Source: an uncultured Acidobacteriota bacterium (GTDB lineage: Bacteria; Acidobacteriota; UBA6911). Taken from it: a stretch of DNA of 64,000 bases. The stretch covers positions 576,001 through 640,000 of the forward strand of contig CAWEJX010000020.1 in the NCBI GenBank assembly GCA_963809485.1, in the 5' to 3' direction. Below, in pieces: positions 50,001-59,963 of this stretch (positions are counted from its first letter, which is position 1; each line of letters starts with the position of its first letter). The notes under the pieces were generated by a model that saw only the letters and a list, made by a program, of their open reading frames with translations, was not told the DNA's origin and searched no databases. Both the position numbers and the translations under genes were made by a program.

Positions 50001-50678
50001 CAGCGGGAAAGCGACTGGTCGGACAACATGATCGTCAACGCCATGCGGCCGGACGACAACAAGGCCCTTTCAAACTTTGACATGACACATATCATCAATG
50101 CCAATGCGCTCTGGAATCTTCCCATAGGGCAGGGGCGGCAATACTTCGGTTCCATGAGCCGTGCCGCGGATCTCTTCCTGGGAGGCTGGCAGTTGAGCGG
50201 CATTTTCCGCTGGAACTCGGGCATGCCCGAGGTTACGCCCTACGACGCTCAAACCTGGGCAACGGACTGGAAGAAGCCGAGCAACGGAGTCCGTATCCGG
50301 CCCATCGAGGCTTCCATCACGAAAGGCGGGGATTATCCGAACCTGTTCGAAGATCCGACCTACGCCTACCAGAGCTTCCGCAATGCCAGAGCCGGCGAAA
50401 TCGGAGATCGGAATGTTCTCCGCAGGCAAGGGTATGTGGCTCTGGATATGGGCCTGAGCAAGTCATTTGTGATAAGCGAGGGCCATCGGGTGCAGTTCCG
50501 CTGGGAGGTTTTCAACGCCACCAACACCCAGAGGCTTGGCGCCGCCAACGCGGACCACGCCGGTTTGGGGCTGAACGTTGATCCGCACATTACTACACCC
50601 AGTTCGAGCTTCGGGACAATTTCGCAGATTCAGGGAACTCCCAGGATCATGCAGTTCGGATTCAGGTATGATTTCTAG
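47031..50678 (+). CDS. TonB-dependent receptor with carboxypeptidase-regulatory-like N-domain (Oar-like)
   Basis: 'GSVTDPKGAIVPG', 'LDGIDIND', 'DSVQEF', 'GTNDFHGS', 'NNFAPR.GFAW', C-terminal 'PRIMQFGFRYDF'. Confidence 0.92.
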   Translation: MSMREISRKSAHLFCLYAVCALLAAQAYAQVTSLSGSVTDPKGAIVPGVTLSLTSASGAERTTVTNETGAYRFLQLAPGPYALKTELKGFKTLKQNVDLLVDTPATLDLHLEVGEISETVTVEADASILNVQDAALGNAFEGMRIRQLPLQDRNVTNLLTLQAGVTPEGYVSGARSDQNNLTLDGIDINDQQGGDWTNSVLRVTPDSVQEFKMTTNIANAAQGRSAGGQISLITRTGTNDFHGSLYYSNRSTSTTANDFFNNRAGLPRPELRRDLFGGSLGGPILKDRVFFFYNYEGRRDDKETVVGPQVVPLASLGQGTIKYTNTAGGITTLTAEDLIDIYPVGLNPATLEMLADAARKYPANDTGVGDGLNISGYRFNAATPLHYNAHTATMNFNLTRDARHTLLVRGNYQHDLTVGAPQFPDTPGSNLWSHPIAIAAQHTWTATPRLVNTLRVGLTREAYSQQGDSSDNQIGFRFVYWPKAYTRTLDKTVPVWNFVDDVAWVKGNHTFAFGGNVRIVRNQRSSLASSFDEANTNPTWYDESGAVLTAPFTDIAGSESDLQGAIAAIIGRYSYYSGKFNFGPSGNLLPAGAAVDRNFATEEYEMYAQDIWRVRPDLTLTLGLRYSLDRPVYESSGLEVKPAPGLSEIFENRFASAANGVPYNELVTLNKSGPANGEPGMYAWDKNNFAPRMGFAWQPSFDNGVLKTIFGTGQKSVIRGGFSMAYDHIGSALAVTFDLNNMLGFSSSQEITANTYNVTDRPGPLFTGYNQDIRALPGIVIPSSLEFPLSQPADGEARIEWSLDDSLKSPVNYMLNFSIAREFSRGLTVEASYVGRMARNLMAQRDAMMPNNLVDKKSGMDWYTAAGLLYDLRWNNVPIDQVQPIAYFENLFPDYRRWDLPTATQSVYSRVSRDGSDVPDWTYIQLKLNDSGIYPAMFYQPQYGALAVWSTVAYSDYHAGTISVRERFRNSLNLDFNYTFGKSIDNASGLQRESDWSDNMIVNAMRPDDNKALSNFDMTHIINANALWNLPIGQGRQYFGSMSRAADLFLGGWQLSGIFRWNSGMPEVTPYDAQTWATDWKKPSNGVRIRPIEASITKGGDYPNLFEDPTYAYQSFRNARAGEIGDRNVLRRQGYVALDMGLSKSFVISEGHRVQFRWEVFNATNTQRLGAANADHAGLGLNVDPHITTPSSSFGTISQIQGTPRIMQFGFRYDF

Positions 50679-50817
50679 GCTGCGGAAGCGAGTTCGAGTG
50701 CGGCAGTTCGCATCCCTCGCGGTAAAGAGGCGAGCGGGCCGCCGCACTTTCAAAATGCTCAGTCATCGAGTGCAAAATTGGATGACAAAACCCTCATCAT
50801 AAGGAGTCAAAAACAGG

Positions 50818-51925
50818 ATGCCGGTATTCGGACGCTTTTTCGCTTCCCGAAAGGGAATTATTCTCACGGGAGCCATTATAGGAGTCCTGGCTCCGGTTCT
50901 TGTCCGGCTGGGGAATCCCGGCAATATGGGTATCTGCGTAGCCTGCTTTAGCAGAGATATCGCCGGCGCGCTGGGATTGCACCGTGCCGCGGTGGTCCAA
51001 TACATACGTCCGGAGATCATCGGATTTGTGCTGGGCTCTTTTATAGCGGCACTGTTGTTCCGCGAGTTCAAACCACGAACAGGCTCGGCGCCGCTGGTAC
51101 GTTTTTTGCTGGGCATGCTGTCCATGATCGGAGCCCTGGTTTTCCTGGGCTGCCCCTGGCGCGCCTATCTGCGGCTGAGCGGGGGCGACTGGAATGCAAT
51201 ATGGGGCATTGCCGGACTTGCAGCGGGAATTTCGGCCGGCATCCTTTTCCTTAAAGCGGGTTACAGCCTCCGCCGGAGTTATCCGGCGCCCAAGGCTCTC
51301 GGCTGGATCATGCCTGTCTCTGATGATCGCGCTGCTGCTTTTGCTGATTTTCGCGCCGAAGTTCGGCCGCGACGCGGACGGCATTGCTTCCGGTCCTCTT
51401 TTCCACTCGGTCAAAGGACCGGGCAGCCAGTCCGCGCCCATCTGGATATCCCTGGGAGCCGGCCTGCTGATCGGTTTTCTGGCGCAGCGCAGCCGGTTCT
51501 GCACCGTTGGCGCGATCCGCGATATGGTCATGATGCGGGACCTGCATCTCTTCAGCGGCGTTCTGGCTCTCTTGGCATCGTCTTTCGTTATCAACATCCT
51601 GCTGGGACAATTCCGGCCGGGCTTTGCGGGACAGCCCGTGTCTCACACGGAAGCGCTGTGGAATTTCGGGGGGATGGCGTTGGCAGGCCTGGCTTTTACT
51701 CTCGCGGGGGGATGCCCTGGCCGGCAACTGTTCCTAAGCGGTGAAGGAGACGGCGATGCCGCAATCTTTACGCTGGGGATGGTCGCCGGAGCGGGATTCG
51801 CGCATAATTTCAGCTTCGCCAGTTCGGCGTCCGGAACAGGCGCATTCGGCCCGGCAGCCGTCATTGCTGGACTGATCGTGTGCATCCTGATCGGATGGAC
51901 CATGCGCGATCCCAAAACAGTGTGA
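50818..51925 (+). CDS. yedE: YedE-family putative selenium/sulfur transporter, +1 frameshift near 51319
   Basis: 'GNPGNMGICVACF.RDIAG', 'FLGCPWR', 'QRSRFCTVG', 'GGCPGRQ'; frames join at GTC-T-CTG. Confidence 0.85.
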
Positions 51926-51973
51926 CGAAGAAGGAGCGTTTCCGGGAGCGAATACCGGAACGGGAGAGCAACC

Positions 51974-52195
51974 ATGAATGAAAACAGGATTGTGGACGCC
52001 CGCGGGCTTTCCTGCCCGCAACCAGCCTTGCTTACTCAAAAGGCCCTTGAGTCATTGAAAGGTAGCGCAGTCCAGGTTTTGGTGGATTCCTGCACTGCGC
52101 GTGATAACGTAGTGAGGATTGCACGGAAGGCAGGCTGGCAGGCGGACATTCAGGATCGGCCGGATGGCGGCTTCCAGCTCATGTTAACAAAATGA
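51974..52195 (+). CDS. TusA/SirA-like sulfurtransferase (YedF-like)
   Basis: 'VDARGLSCPQP', 'VLVD...RDNV'. Confidence 0.88.
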   Translation: MNENRIVDARGLSCPQPALLTQKALESLKGSAVQVLVDSCTARDNVVRIARKAGWQADIQDRPDGGFQLMLTK

Positions 52196-53346
52196 TATAC
52201 CTCGATCACGCAGCCACTTCATGGCCCAAGCCCGCGGAAGTAATGCGCACCATGTCCGGTTTCCTCGAGAAGGCAGGAGGCAATCCCGGACGGTCGGGAC
52301 ACAGCCTGTCAATTGACGCCGGCCGTATTGTCTACAACGTTCGTGAAGAAATCGCGGAGCTGTTCCATGCACCCGATCCCATGAAGGTCATATTTACGCT
52401 GAACGGCACGCATGCCATCAACCTGGCTTTGTCCGGATTGCTGCGGGCCGGCGACCATGTCGTCACGAGCGGGATCGAGCACAATGCCGTCATGCGCCCC
52501 TTGCGCGCACTCGAGAAAAAGGGCGTTCTGGCCGCGATTGTTCCCTGCGCCCCGGATGGCTCGCTGGACCCGTCCGCTATTGAGCGCGCCATCAGGCCGG
52601 AGACAAAGCTCGTAGTCATCAATCACGCCAGTAACGTAACGGGAACACTGCTGCCGGTGGCGGAAATAGCCAAATCGGTTCGCCGCGCCGGTTCGTTGCT
52701 GCTTGTGGATGCCGCACAGACAGCGGGCGCTTTGCCGATAGACATTCAGGCGGAAGGCATCGATCTGCTGGCTTTCACCGGGCACAAGGGACTGCTGGGC
52801 CCACCCGGCATCGGCGGGCTCGTGATGGGCGACCGGCTGAATACGGAAGAAATGGAACCGCTGGTGCGCGGCGGCACAGGGAGTCGTTCTGAATCCGACA
52901 TCCAGCCGGAGGACCTGCCGGATAAATTTGAAAGCGGAACGCTGAATGGCGTGGGGATTGCCGGGCTGGGCGCGGGAATCCGCGTCGTCAGGCAACAGGG
53001 TATTGAGGAAATCCGCGCCCGGGAGATCGATCTGACTCGCGTTCTGGTGGAAGGCCTGGAGGAAATCCCGGGCATTACCGTTTATGGCCCTGCCGATCCC
53101 CGCTGCCGCACGGCAGTGGTTTCATTCACGGCGGCCGGAAGACGGGTCTCTGACATCGGGTTGCAGCTGGACGAGGAGTTCGGGATCCTTTGCCGCGTGG
53201 GATTGCACTGCGCTCCCGCCGCCCACCGCACAATTGGAACCTTCCCGGAAGGCACTGTGCGCCTGGCTCCCGGCTTTTCCACGACAGAACAAGATATTCA
53301 TGCAGTGCTCCAGGCGCTGAAACGCATTATGGGGAAAAGCCTGTGA
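52192..53346 (+). CDS. Class V PLP enzyme, cysteine desulfurase / selenocysteine lyase-like
   Basis: 'IYLDHAATSWPKP', 'GNPGRSGH', 'DAAQTAG', 'FTGHKGL', 'RVGLHCAP'. Confidence 0.9.
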   Translation: MIYLDHAATSWPKPAEVMRTMSGFLEKAGGNPGRSGHSLSIDAGRIVYNVREEIAELFHAPDPMKVIFTLNGTHAINLALSGLLRAGDHVVTSGIEHNAVMRPLRALEKKGVLAAIVPCAPDGSLDPSAIERAIRPETKLVVINHASNVTGTLLPVAEIAKSVRRAGSLLLVDAAQTAGALPIDIQAEGIDLLAFTGHKGLLGPPGIGGLVMGDRLNTEEMEPLVRGGTGSRSESDIQPEDLPDKFESGTLNGVGIAGLGAGIRVVRQQGIEEIRAREIDLTRVLVEGLEEIPGITVYGPADPRCRTAVVSFTAAGRRVSDIGLQLDEEFGILCRVGLHCAPAAHRTIGTFPEGTVRLAPGFSTTEQDIHAVLQALKRIMGKSL

Positions 53347-53380
53347 AGTGGAACTCCCGAATCCGGCGCGAGGCTGCAGC

Positions 53381-53605
53381 ATGAATTCCTATGGAGTGAT
53401 ATTGTTTCACACAACTTCGGCCGTGCTGCGCGCGGAGAAGATACTCCAGCGGGAAGGGATAACGGTGAAACTTGTGCCGACACCCCGCGAGTTTTCCACC
53501 GATTGCGGGATTGCGCTGCGTCTGGACTGGGAACAGTCTGCATCCGCTCAAGCGCTGCTGGAATCCGCAAAAGTTGAGATTGCCGGCATTCATAAAATGG
53601 AATAA
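53381..53605 (+). CDS. DUF3343 domain protein
   Basis: 'LFHTTSAVLRAEK.L...LVPTPREFSTDCG.AL'; typical neighbour of yedE/yedF. Confidence 0.85.
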   Translation: MNSYGVILFHTTSAVLRAEKILQREGITVKLVPTPREFSTDCGIALRLDWEQSASAQALLESAKVEIAGIHKME

Positions 53606-53641
53606 CCATCGCCAAAACAGCGTCAGAAGCTGAGGAATGTC

Positions 53642-54598
53642 ATGCGTCGACTTTTAGCCGTCTTTTTGCTGCTGGCGGCCACTGCAGCGGGCATCGCTGT
53701 CCCTGCCTTGCCGCAAAAGGTACAAACCGCCCGAATTTTGATCCTTTCCGCGAATCTCGCGGAGGAAGGCATTGGGGAGTGGGGCTTTGCTGCGCTGGTT
53801 GAGGCGGACGGCCAGCGCATTCTCTTCGACACGGGGGCCCGGCCGGAAACTGTGCTGAAAAACGCCCGGGATCTGGGTCTGAGCCTGTCGGACATCCGCG
53901 AAGTAGTGCTCAGCCACAGCGATGATGATCACACCGGAGGCCTCCTGGCCCTGCGCCGGGAACTTGCCCGCGTGAATGCCTCTGCCTTGTCGCGGGCGCA
54001 TGTCGCCCGCGGATTTTTCTATGAAAGGGAGGAGGATCCGGGAAGAAACGAACGGATTGCCGCCCTCAAATCCGAGTATGAAGGCGGCGGCGGGGTATTT
54101 GTGGAGCACGTCAAACCGGTGGCTTTGCTGCCCGGCGTCTGGATGCTCGGCCCGATCCCGCGCGTTCATCCGGAACGGAATTGGAGCAGCGACGGGAAGA
54201 TCCGGACTCCCGAAGGTCCCGTTGAAGATACCATTCCGGAGGACACATCCCTGGTGCTCGACACAGACCGCGGCCTGGTAGTCTTGTCCGGTTGCTGCCA
54301 TGCCGGGATCATCAATACGCTCGATTACGCCCGCAAGGCGATTCGACCGGCCCCCATATACGCGGCCGTGGGAGGGTTTCACCTGATGCGCGCAAGCGAC
54401 CAATCTCTGGACTGGACGGCGAAAATATTGCGGAAATTCGGCCTGGCCAATTTTATCGGGGCTCATTGCACCGGCATTGAACCTGTCTATCGTATCCGGC
54501 AAAAGGCCGGCCTGAGCAGGAAGACCTGCATTGTAGGAGCGGTGGGCAGTCAATTCGCGCTGGATAAAGGCATAACCGCCGGGCTGCTGACTCACTGA
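53642..54598 (+). CDS. Secreted MBL-fold metallo-hydrolase
   Basis: 'GEWGFAALVE', 'LFDTG', 'SHSDDDHTGG', 'GCCHAG', 'GGFHL', 'HCTG'. Confidence 0.85.
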   Translation: MRRLLAVFLLLAATAAGIAVPALPQKVQTARILILSANLAEEGIGEWGFAALVEADGQRILFDTGARPETVLKNARDLGLSLSDIREVVLSHSDDDHTGGLLALRRELARVNASALSRAHVARGFFYEREEDPGRNERIAALKSEYEGGGGVFVEHVKPVALLPGVWMLGPIPRVHPERNWSSDGKIRTPEGPVEDTIPEDTSLVLDTDRGLVVLSGCCHAGIINTLDYARKAIRPAPIYAAVGGFHLMRASDQSLDWTAKILRKFGLANFIGAHCTGIEPVYRIRQKAGLSRKTCIVGAVGSQFALDKGITAGLLTH

Positions 54599-54623
54599 AT
54601 CATCCCGCGGTCCGGAGATCGAC

Positions 54624-55412
54624 ATGAAAAAAATCATCGGTTTGCTTCTATTCCTCGGCCCAGTCGCGGCTTTGTGCGGAGATCGGGGCATTCTCCTGGA
54701 AAATCTTACATGGGTTGAAGCGGAGAAATTGCTGACGGCGGAAGCTGTCGTCGTCATACCCATCGGGGCCGCCGCCAAAGAGCACGGCCCTCACCTCAGA
54801 CTGAACAATGACTTGATTCTTGCGGAATACCTGAAAAAACGCGTACAGGCTCGAGCGGATGTCGTCATCGCACCCTCTATCCCGTATCACTTTTATCCTG
54901 CGTTCGTCGAGTATCCGGGATCGACCACGCTCCGTCTCGAGACAGCCAGAGACTTCATGGTGGATATATGCCGGAGCCTCGCCCGCTTCGGCCCAAAACG
55001 CTTCTACGCCCTGAACACCGGTATATCCACGCTGCGGGCTCTCGAACCGGCGGCCAGGATCCTGGCTTCGGAAAAAATCATTTTGCGATATACCGATCTC
55101 AATCAGGTTCTTGGCCCCGTGGAAAAAACGATTTTAAAACAGGAAGGCGGAAGCCATGCGGATGAAGGTGAAACCTCGATGATGCTATACATCGATCCCT
55201 CCACCGTCGACATGTCCAAGGCTGTGAGGGATTACGGCCCGGACGGAGGTCCGCTGACGCGGGATCCAAAGGGCCGCGGCACTTACTCGCCCACGGGCAT
55301 CTGGGGAGATCCCACCCTTGCTACGCGCGCCAAGGGAGAAAAGCTGGTTGAAGCTGCGGTTGCCGGCATACTGAAGGACATTGAGGCTTTGCGCCAGCAG
55401 CCGATACAATAG
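54624..55412 (+). CDS. Creatininase family protein
   Basis: 'IPIGAAAKEHGPHL', 'YPGS', 'HADEGETS', 'GIWGDP..AT..KG'. Confidence 0.88.
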   Translation: MKKIIGLLLFLGPVAALCGDRGILLENLTWVEAEKLLTAEAVVVIPIGAAAKEHGPHLRLNNDLILAEYLKKRVQARADVVIAPSIPYHFYPAFVEYPGSTTLRLETARDFMVDICRSLARFGPKRFYALNTGISTLRALEPAARILASEKIILRYTDLNQVLGPVEKTILKQEGGSHADEGETSMMLYIDPSTVDMSKAVRDYGPDGGPLTRDPKGRGTYSPTGIWGDPTLATRAKGEKLVEAAVAGILKDIEALRQQPIQ

Positions 55413-55424
55413 CGCGCCGCGACA

Positions 55425-55647
55425 ATCAGGTACCTCCGGCAAAGCCGGAGGCTTGAAGGATTTGAACCGCTCAAAGCGGTTGGAGGAGTTACGCCGGTCT
55501 TGAACGCTGACTTACGCGGGCAAAAGCCGATCCTCGCCGAACAAATCGACGTTTGTCAGCGCTTTTATCAGCGTTTTTCAGCGTTTCAAAATACGGAGCT
55601 GTCAGACTCTTTGAGTCCCCCGACAGAGCCGGGGGTTTACCAATGGA
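55425..55647 (-). mobile_element. Non-autonomous IS200/IS605-type palindromic element, copy 7 (internally deleted)
   Basis: Same ends; flank TGAT. Confidence 0.85.
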
Positions 55648-55675
55648 ATCAAGGTTCCAACACACGTTCCATAGC

Positions 55676-57136
55676 ATGATTCGACCCATTGCCAGATTTT
55701 CATTCATCCTGCTTCCTGCCGTAGCCATCTGTGTGTCCAGCTTTACCTTGTCAGGGTGCTCCATCCAGGATGCAGCTCACTTCGGCAATCACGAGCGAGC
55801 GCTCGTCCTGCTGGGCGGCACCATCATCGACACCTCGGATTTCGGAAGATCCGAAACCGATATAAAGGACTCGGCAGTTATCATTCGAGGCAATAAAATC
55901 AGCTCAGCCGGACCCAGAAAGAGCATACGGATCCCGGCCGGCTCAGAAGTGCTGGATATTTCCGGCAAGTATGTCCTGCCCGGTCTCAATGACGCATTTG
56001 CCGCACAAAACAATCAGGCGCATGCGAACGCCTACCTGTATATGGGAGTAACGTCTATTGTCGGCATAGACAATCCCGGAAGCAGGCGTGGCCCGCTTTA
56101 CCTCACGGCAAAACCGAGCCCGCACATCTACAGGCTGGAATCCATCTCCGGTTATGATGAGAGCAGTCTCTCGCCGCCTGCCTCTTCAACCGCCGACCTG
56201 CGCAGCCGCGGAAGGAGAATGTCCCCCCAGGAACTCAGCGACCAGGTTGACTCTCTCGGCCGCGCAGGCATCAGAGTGCTGCTTCTGCACTACGCCCTGG
56301 CGCCGGACCAGACCGAAGTGATCGTCCGGCGCGCACGGCTATGTGGGATGTCAACCATAGGCGAACTCGGATTCACCTCATATCCGGAGGCAATTCGCGC
56401 AGGCGTTCAGGCGTTTGTGCACGTCAGCCGATATTCGCTGGAACTTGCGCCGCCCGACATGCGCGCCCGCGTGGCAGGCGCCCCGTTCGGCACTCCGCGG
56501 GAAGAGTTTTACGCATACCTCACGCGAGTCGGCAGGAACGATCCGCGATTGAAGAGATATGCTCCGGTTCTTGGTTCCGCCTTTGCCGGTCTCATCCCGA
56601 CTTTGAGCTTTGAATACCTCGATTTGCCGGATCACGAGAATCCGTGGAAGGAGCCGGTCGCCGCAATCCTGGATCCAAAAGACATCCATCTTCCCGCCAA
56701 TCCGGCCACAGGCAGGCGTGACGGGGCATTTGCCGTCCCATCCTATGACTTCCCTGCCACGCTTTCCGAAAGCCTTTTTAGAATTGAAAAGGAGTATTGC
56801 AGGGCCGGGGCGAAGCATCTGGCAGGGAGCGGCACCTCAGCATTTGGTACTATGCCGGGGATTTCACTGCATACAGAACTAAAGCTGCTGACGGTTGTCG
56901 GGCTGACTCCGCGCCAGGCGCTGGCCGCGGCAACCGCCAATTTCGAGACGCTGTTCGGGTGGAAAGGTACGGGCCAAATCAAGGCCGGATATAATGCCGA
57001 CGTTTTGGTGCTCGACGAAAACCCCGTGAACAATATCGAAAACGCCAAAAAGATTTTTCGCGTGATTCTCAACGGCGAGGTTTTGGACAGGGAAAAGCTG
57101 CTTCTTATAAAGCAACCTGCCGGCCGGCGGGACTGA
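55676..57136 (+). CDS. Amidohydrolase-family lipoprotein (metal ligands degenerate)
   Basis: Lipobox LSGC; 'DISGKYVLPGLND', 'LHTELKLL..GLTP.QAL.AAT', 'G.IKAGYNAD.LVLD.NP'. Confidence 0.8.
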   Translation: MIRPIARFSFILLPAVAICVSSFTLSGCSIQDAAHFGNHERALVLLGGTIIDTSDFGRSETDIKDSAVIIRGNKISSAGPRKSIRIPAGSEVLDISGKYVLPGLNDAFAAQNNQAHANAYLYMGVTSIVGIDNPGSRRGPLYLTAKPSPHIYRLESISGYDESSLSPPASSTADLRSRGRRMSPQELSDQVDSLGRAGIRVLLLHYALAPDQTEVIVRRARLCGMSTIGELGFTSYPEAIRAGVQAFVHVSRYSLELAPPDMRARVAGAPFGTPREEFYAYLTRVGRNDPRLKRYAPVLGSAFAGLIPTLSFEYLDLPDHENPWKEPVAAILDPKDIHLPANPATGRRDGAFAVPSYDFPATLSESLFRIEKEYCRAGAKHLAGSGTSAFGTMPGISLHTELKLLTVVGLTPRQALAAATANFETLFGWKGTGQIKAGYNADVLVLDENPVNNIENAKKIFRVILNGEVLDREKLLLIKQPAGRRD

Positions 57137-57153
57137 TTCCCCGAAAAGGCGTT

Positions 57154-58101
57154 TCAGCTGTTCAGCTTTGATTTGAAGTGTTCGATAGTCCGGGTCAGTC
57201 CCTGTTCGATTTGAATTTTGGGACTCCATCCCAGCAGTTGCGTCGCGCGGGCCGTATCGGGGCGACGCACCTTGGGATCATCTTCCGGCAACGGCTCAAA
57301 TACGATTTTGCTTGAGGAACCGCTGAGCCGGATGATTTTTTCCGCTATTTCAACCACCGTGAGTTCGTGGGGATTGCCGATATTCACCGGCAGGTGCACG
57401 TCCTCCGATTGCGGCGCCAGCAGCAGCCGGACCAGCCCGTCGATCTCGTCGTCCACGTAACAGAAACTGCGCGTCTGCTTCCCTTCCCCGTAGACGGTCA
57501 ACGGCTCCCCCTTCAGAGCCTGGACTATAAAATTCGAGACTACACGGCCGTCATGCGGCCGCATCCTCGGGCCATAAGTATTGAAAATTCGCGCGATGCG
57601 TGTATCCACGCCGTGGTACCTGTGATAAGCCATCACCAAAGCTTCGGCGAACCTCTTGGCTTCATCGTAGACGCCCCGCAAGCCGATGGGATTCACATTT
57701 CCCCAGTAGGACTCCGGCTGGGGATTCACCAGGGGATCCCCGTAGGTTTCCGATGTGCTGGCCATCAGAAACCGCGCCTTCTTGTACTTGGCAAGGCCGA
57801 TGGTTTTGTGGGTTCCAAGCGCGCCCACTTTGAGCGTCTGGATCGGCATTTCCAGATAGTCGCGGGGGCTGGCGGGAGAGGCAAAATGCATCACGGCGTC
57901 CACCGGCGGCCCGATGTAGATGTATTCGGTGACGTCATGTTTGTAAAAACGGAACCGCTCGTGCCCCAGCAGGTGGGCAATATTGTCCACGCTTCCGGTG
58001 GAAAGATTGTCCAGACAAATAACTTCGTGGCCTAACCCCAAAAGATGGTCACACAAATGGCTGCCCAGGAACCCTGCTCCTCCAGTAACAACGATGCGCA
58101 T
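57154..58101 (-). CDS. UDP-glucuronate decarboxylase-like SDR
   Basis: '[12 protein letters not shown]', 'ASPASP', 'STSETYG', 'YDEAKR', 'RIFNTYGP'. Confidence 0.92.
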   Translation of the reverse strand: MRIVVTGGAGFLGSHLCDHLLGLGHEVICLDNLSTGSVDNIAHLLGHERFRFYKHDVTEYIYIGPPVDAVMHFASPASPRDYLEMPIQTLKVGALGTHKTIGLAKYKKARFLMASTSETYGDPLVNPQPESYWGNVNPIGLRGVYDEAKRFAEALVMAYHRYHGVDTRIARIFNTYGPRMRPHDGRVVSNFIVQALKGEPLTVYGEGKQTRSFCYVDDEIDGLVRLLLAPQSEDVHLPVNIGNPHELTVVEIAEKIIRLSGSSSKIVFEPLPEDDPKVRRPDTARATQLLGWSPKIQIEQGLTRTIEHFKSKLNS

Positions 58102-58422
58102 TATCGCCTCCCGCAAAGCGAGCATCTTATCAGAAACAGCGGAAAGGTTAACAGAACGATCCCGCCTTGCATATTTTACCGCCGCAGGAACCGGCAAATG
58201 CAGATTGTGGCTTGACTCGTACTTGCCAGAGCTTCTCTGCTACGGAGGCTTATGCGGGCTTGCATGGCCTTGATTGAAGGTCGCAGGTCCCAGCCTGCAA
58301 GCCGCAGGTGCAGATGGCTCAGGGTAGCACAGTGAAAAAACCGGGATGTGGAAGGATCGCCTTCCCACTGCGCGATTTCAATGATGCGGACGAAGAATTT
58401 TCGACCAGACCCGGGAGACCGG

Positions 58423-59778
58423 CTATGGCGCCAGCGGCTGGACCGCGCCCAGGGTTTCCATCGCGGGCTTCAATATGGAGGCCGGTCCCCGGATCAGGAT
58501 GACTTCTCCGCCGGGGAAGAGCCAGCTGTGGGCGGCCTGCCGCACCATGTCAGCGTCGCACCGTCGGATGAGATCCGGAAAATTGGCCGCATAGTTGCTG
58601 CCGAGGTGATAGAGTTCGGCGTCGAGCATTATTTTGCAGAGTCCGTCCACCGTCACCAGTTCGCGGTTGAACTCCTCGATCAGCCGGTTTTGAATCTGCG
58701 CCAGTTCCTCGGCGGAAACGGATGAATCCTTGATTTCCGCTGCGGCATTTTGAATCTTGCGGATATGGTCTAAAGTCTGATCGGCGGCTGCCTGTCCCTG
58801 GACATAGAAAGGGCTGGCCATGCGCCGGCCCAGGTTGCCCACCGTCAGCAGCGAAGTCGGCAGAAGTTTTGTCAAACGTTCCTGCAGGATGTGCGCCGCC
58901 AGCAGGGCAGGCAGGTAATCGGTATCCTCGCGCCGCGGGAAAAGATTTCCGAGAATAAACTGCGCCGCCGGAGAATTGGGATCATCTTCGATAAGAATTC
59001 TCCGCTCGATCAGCTTGCGCGGAGGCAGGAACGTGAAGGGGAAGGCATCGTTGCGGACCCAAACCCCCCATATGCGCGCGGTTTTCTGAATGACTTGCGG
59101 AGCGGGGACATTTCCCACAATCAGCAGGAAAGCCTGGTTGGGGGAAAAGTATTTTTTGTAAAACTGCCGGACATCGCCGATGGTTATCGACGCCAGGCTC
59201 GCCTGAGTCCCTTGACGGGGCCTTCCATAAGTCGTGCCGCCGAAAAGGTCCATTTCAAGCTGGGCATGAATCCTCTGGCGCGGATCATCGGGCTTCTTCA
59301 AATCCTCAAGGATGGCTTGTTTTTCTGCGGCAAAATCCGTTTCGTTGAACTGCGCCTCTCCCACGATCTGATATAAGAGAAGAAGCGATCGCTCGGAGCT
59401 CGAGCTTGGCCCCTTCAGCAGAAAACGGAATCCATCCCAATCGCAGATAATTTCGACGGATGCGCCCAGATATTCGAGTTCATCCTGAATGCCTTTCTGC
59501 GTCTTATCGAATGTGGCCTTCATGAACATCCGGGAAACAAGATTCGCCAATCCGCCTTTGTCTGCAGGGTCGAAAGCGGAACCATAGCGTACGAGCAGAC
59601 CGATCGTCATGTTCTCGCCAAGGTTGGGAGTTGCCGCCACGGTGATCTGAAGGTCGTTCAATAGCCGCTTGTGGCTCAATTCCGGAAGCGGGGCCGGCTT
59701 CTGGGCCGAAGCCCCAACGCAGGAGAAAATCATCCATGCTGTGCAGATAAACAGATTGCGCAAGCTGTGTCGTATCAT
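58423..59778 (-). CDS. M16 (pitrilysin) family protein, non-catalytic subunit type
   Basis: 'GSAFDP..K.GLANL' with no HxxEH; 'YFSPN', signal peptide. Confidence 0.85.
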   Translation of the reverse strand: MIRHSLRNLFICTAWMIFSCVGASAQKPAPLPELSHKRLLNDLQITVAATPNLGENMTIGLLVRYGSAFDPADKGGLANLVSRMFMKATFDKTQKGIQDELEYLGASVEIICDWDGFRFLLKGPSSSSERSLLLLYQIVGEAQFNETDFAAEKQAILEDLKKPDDPRQRIHAQLEMDLFGGTTYGRPRQGTQASLASITIGDVRQFYKKYFSPNQAFLLIVGNVPAPQVIQKTARIWGVWVRNDAFPFTFLPPRKLIERRILIEDDPNSPAAQFILGNLFPRREDTDYLPALLAAHILQERLTKLLPTSLLTVGNLGRRMASPFYVQGQAAADQTLDHIRKIQNAAAEIKDSSVSAEELAQIQNRLIEEFNRELVTVDGLCKIMLDAELYHLGSNYAANFPDLIRRCDADMVRQAAHSWLFPGGEVILIRGPASILKPAMETLGAVQPLAP

Positions 59779-59897
59779 TTCCTATCCCTGGATTCCGTAA
59801 ATTCTTATATTAACCTCCAGTGGTCCAAGACTCAATGTCTCTAAAGCAGCCATATCGGGTTTTTGGAAGGCCCTGAATCGAGGCACATCTCCATATC

Positions 59898-59906
59898 TGC
59901 TATAAT
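59898..59906 (+). promoter_or_regulatory. Extended -10 promoter
   Basis: TGcTATAAT about 60 bp upstream of ORF 59964. Confidence 0.5.
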
Positions 59907-59963
59907 GCGGGTTTGAAATCATAGGAGACGTATCCATCAACAGCCGAGCCAGAGGTCCATGCC

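Noticed and set aside
50818-53605. Selenocysteine recoding in the Se-associated genes
   Set aside because: Active-site positions are Cys codons, and the TGA codons fall at the expected protein ends
601-55647. Repeats as a CRISPR array
   Set aside because: Copies are dispersed kilobases apart, there is no repeat-spacer periodicity, and there are no cas genes
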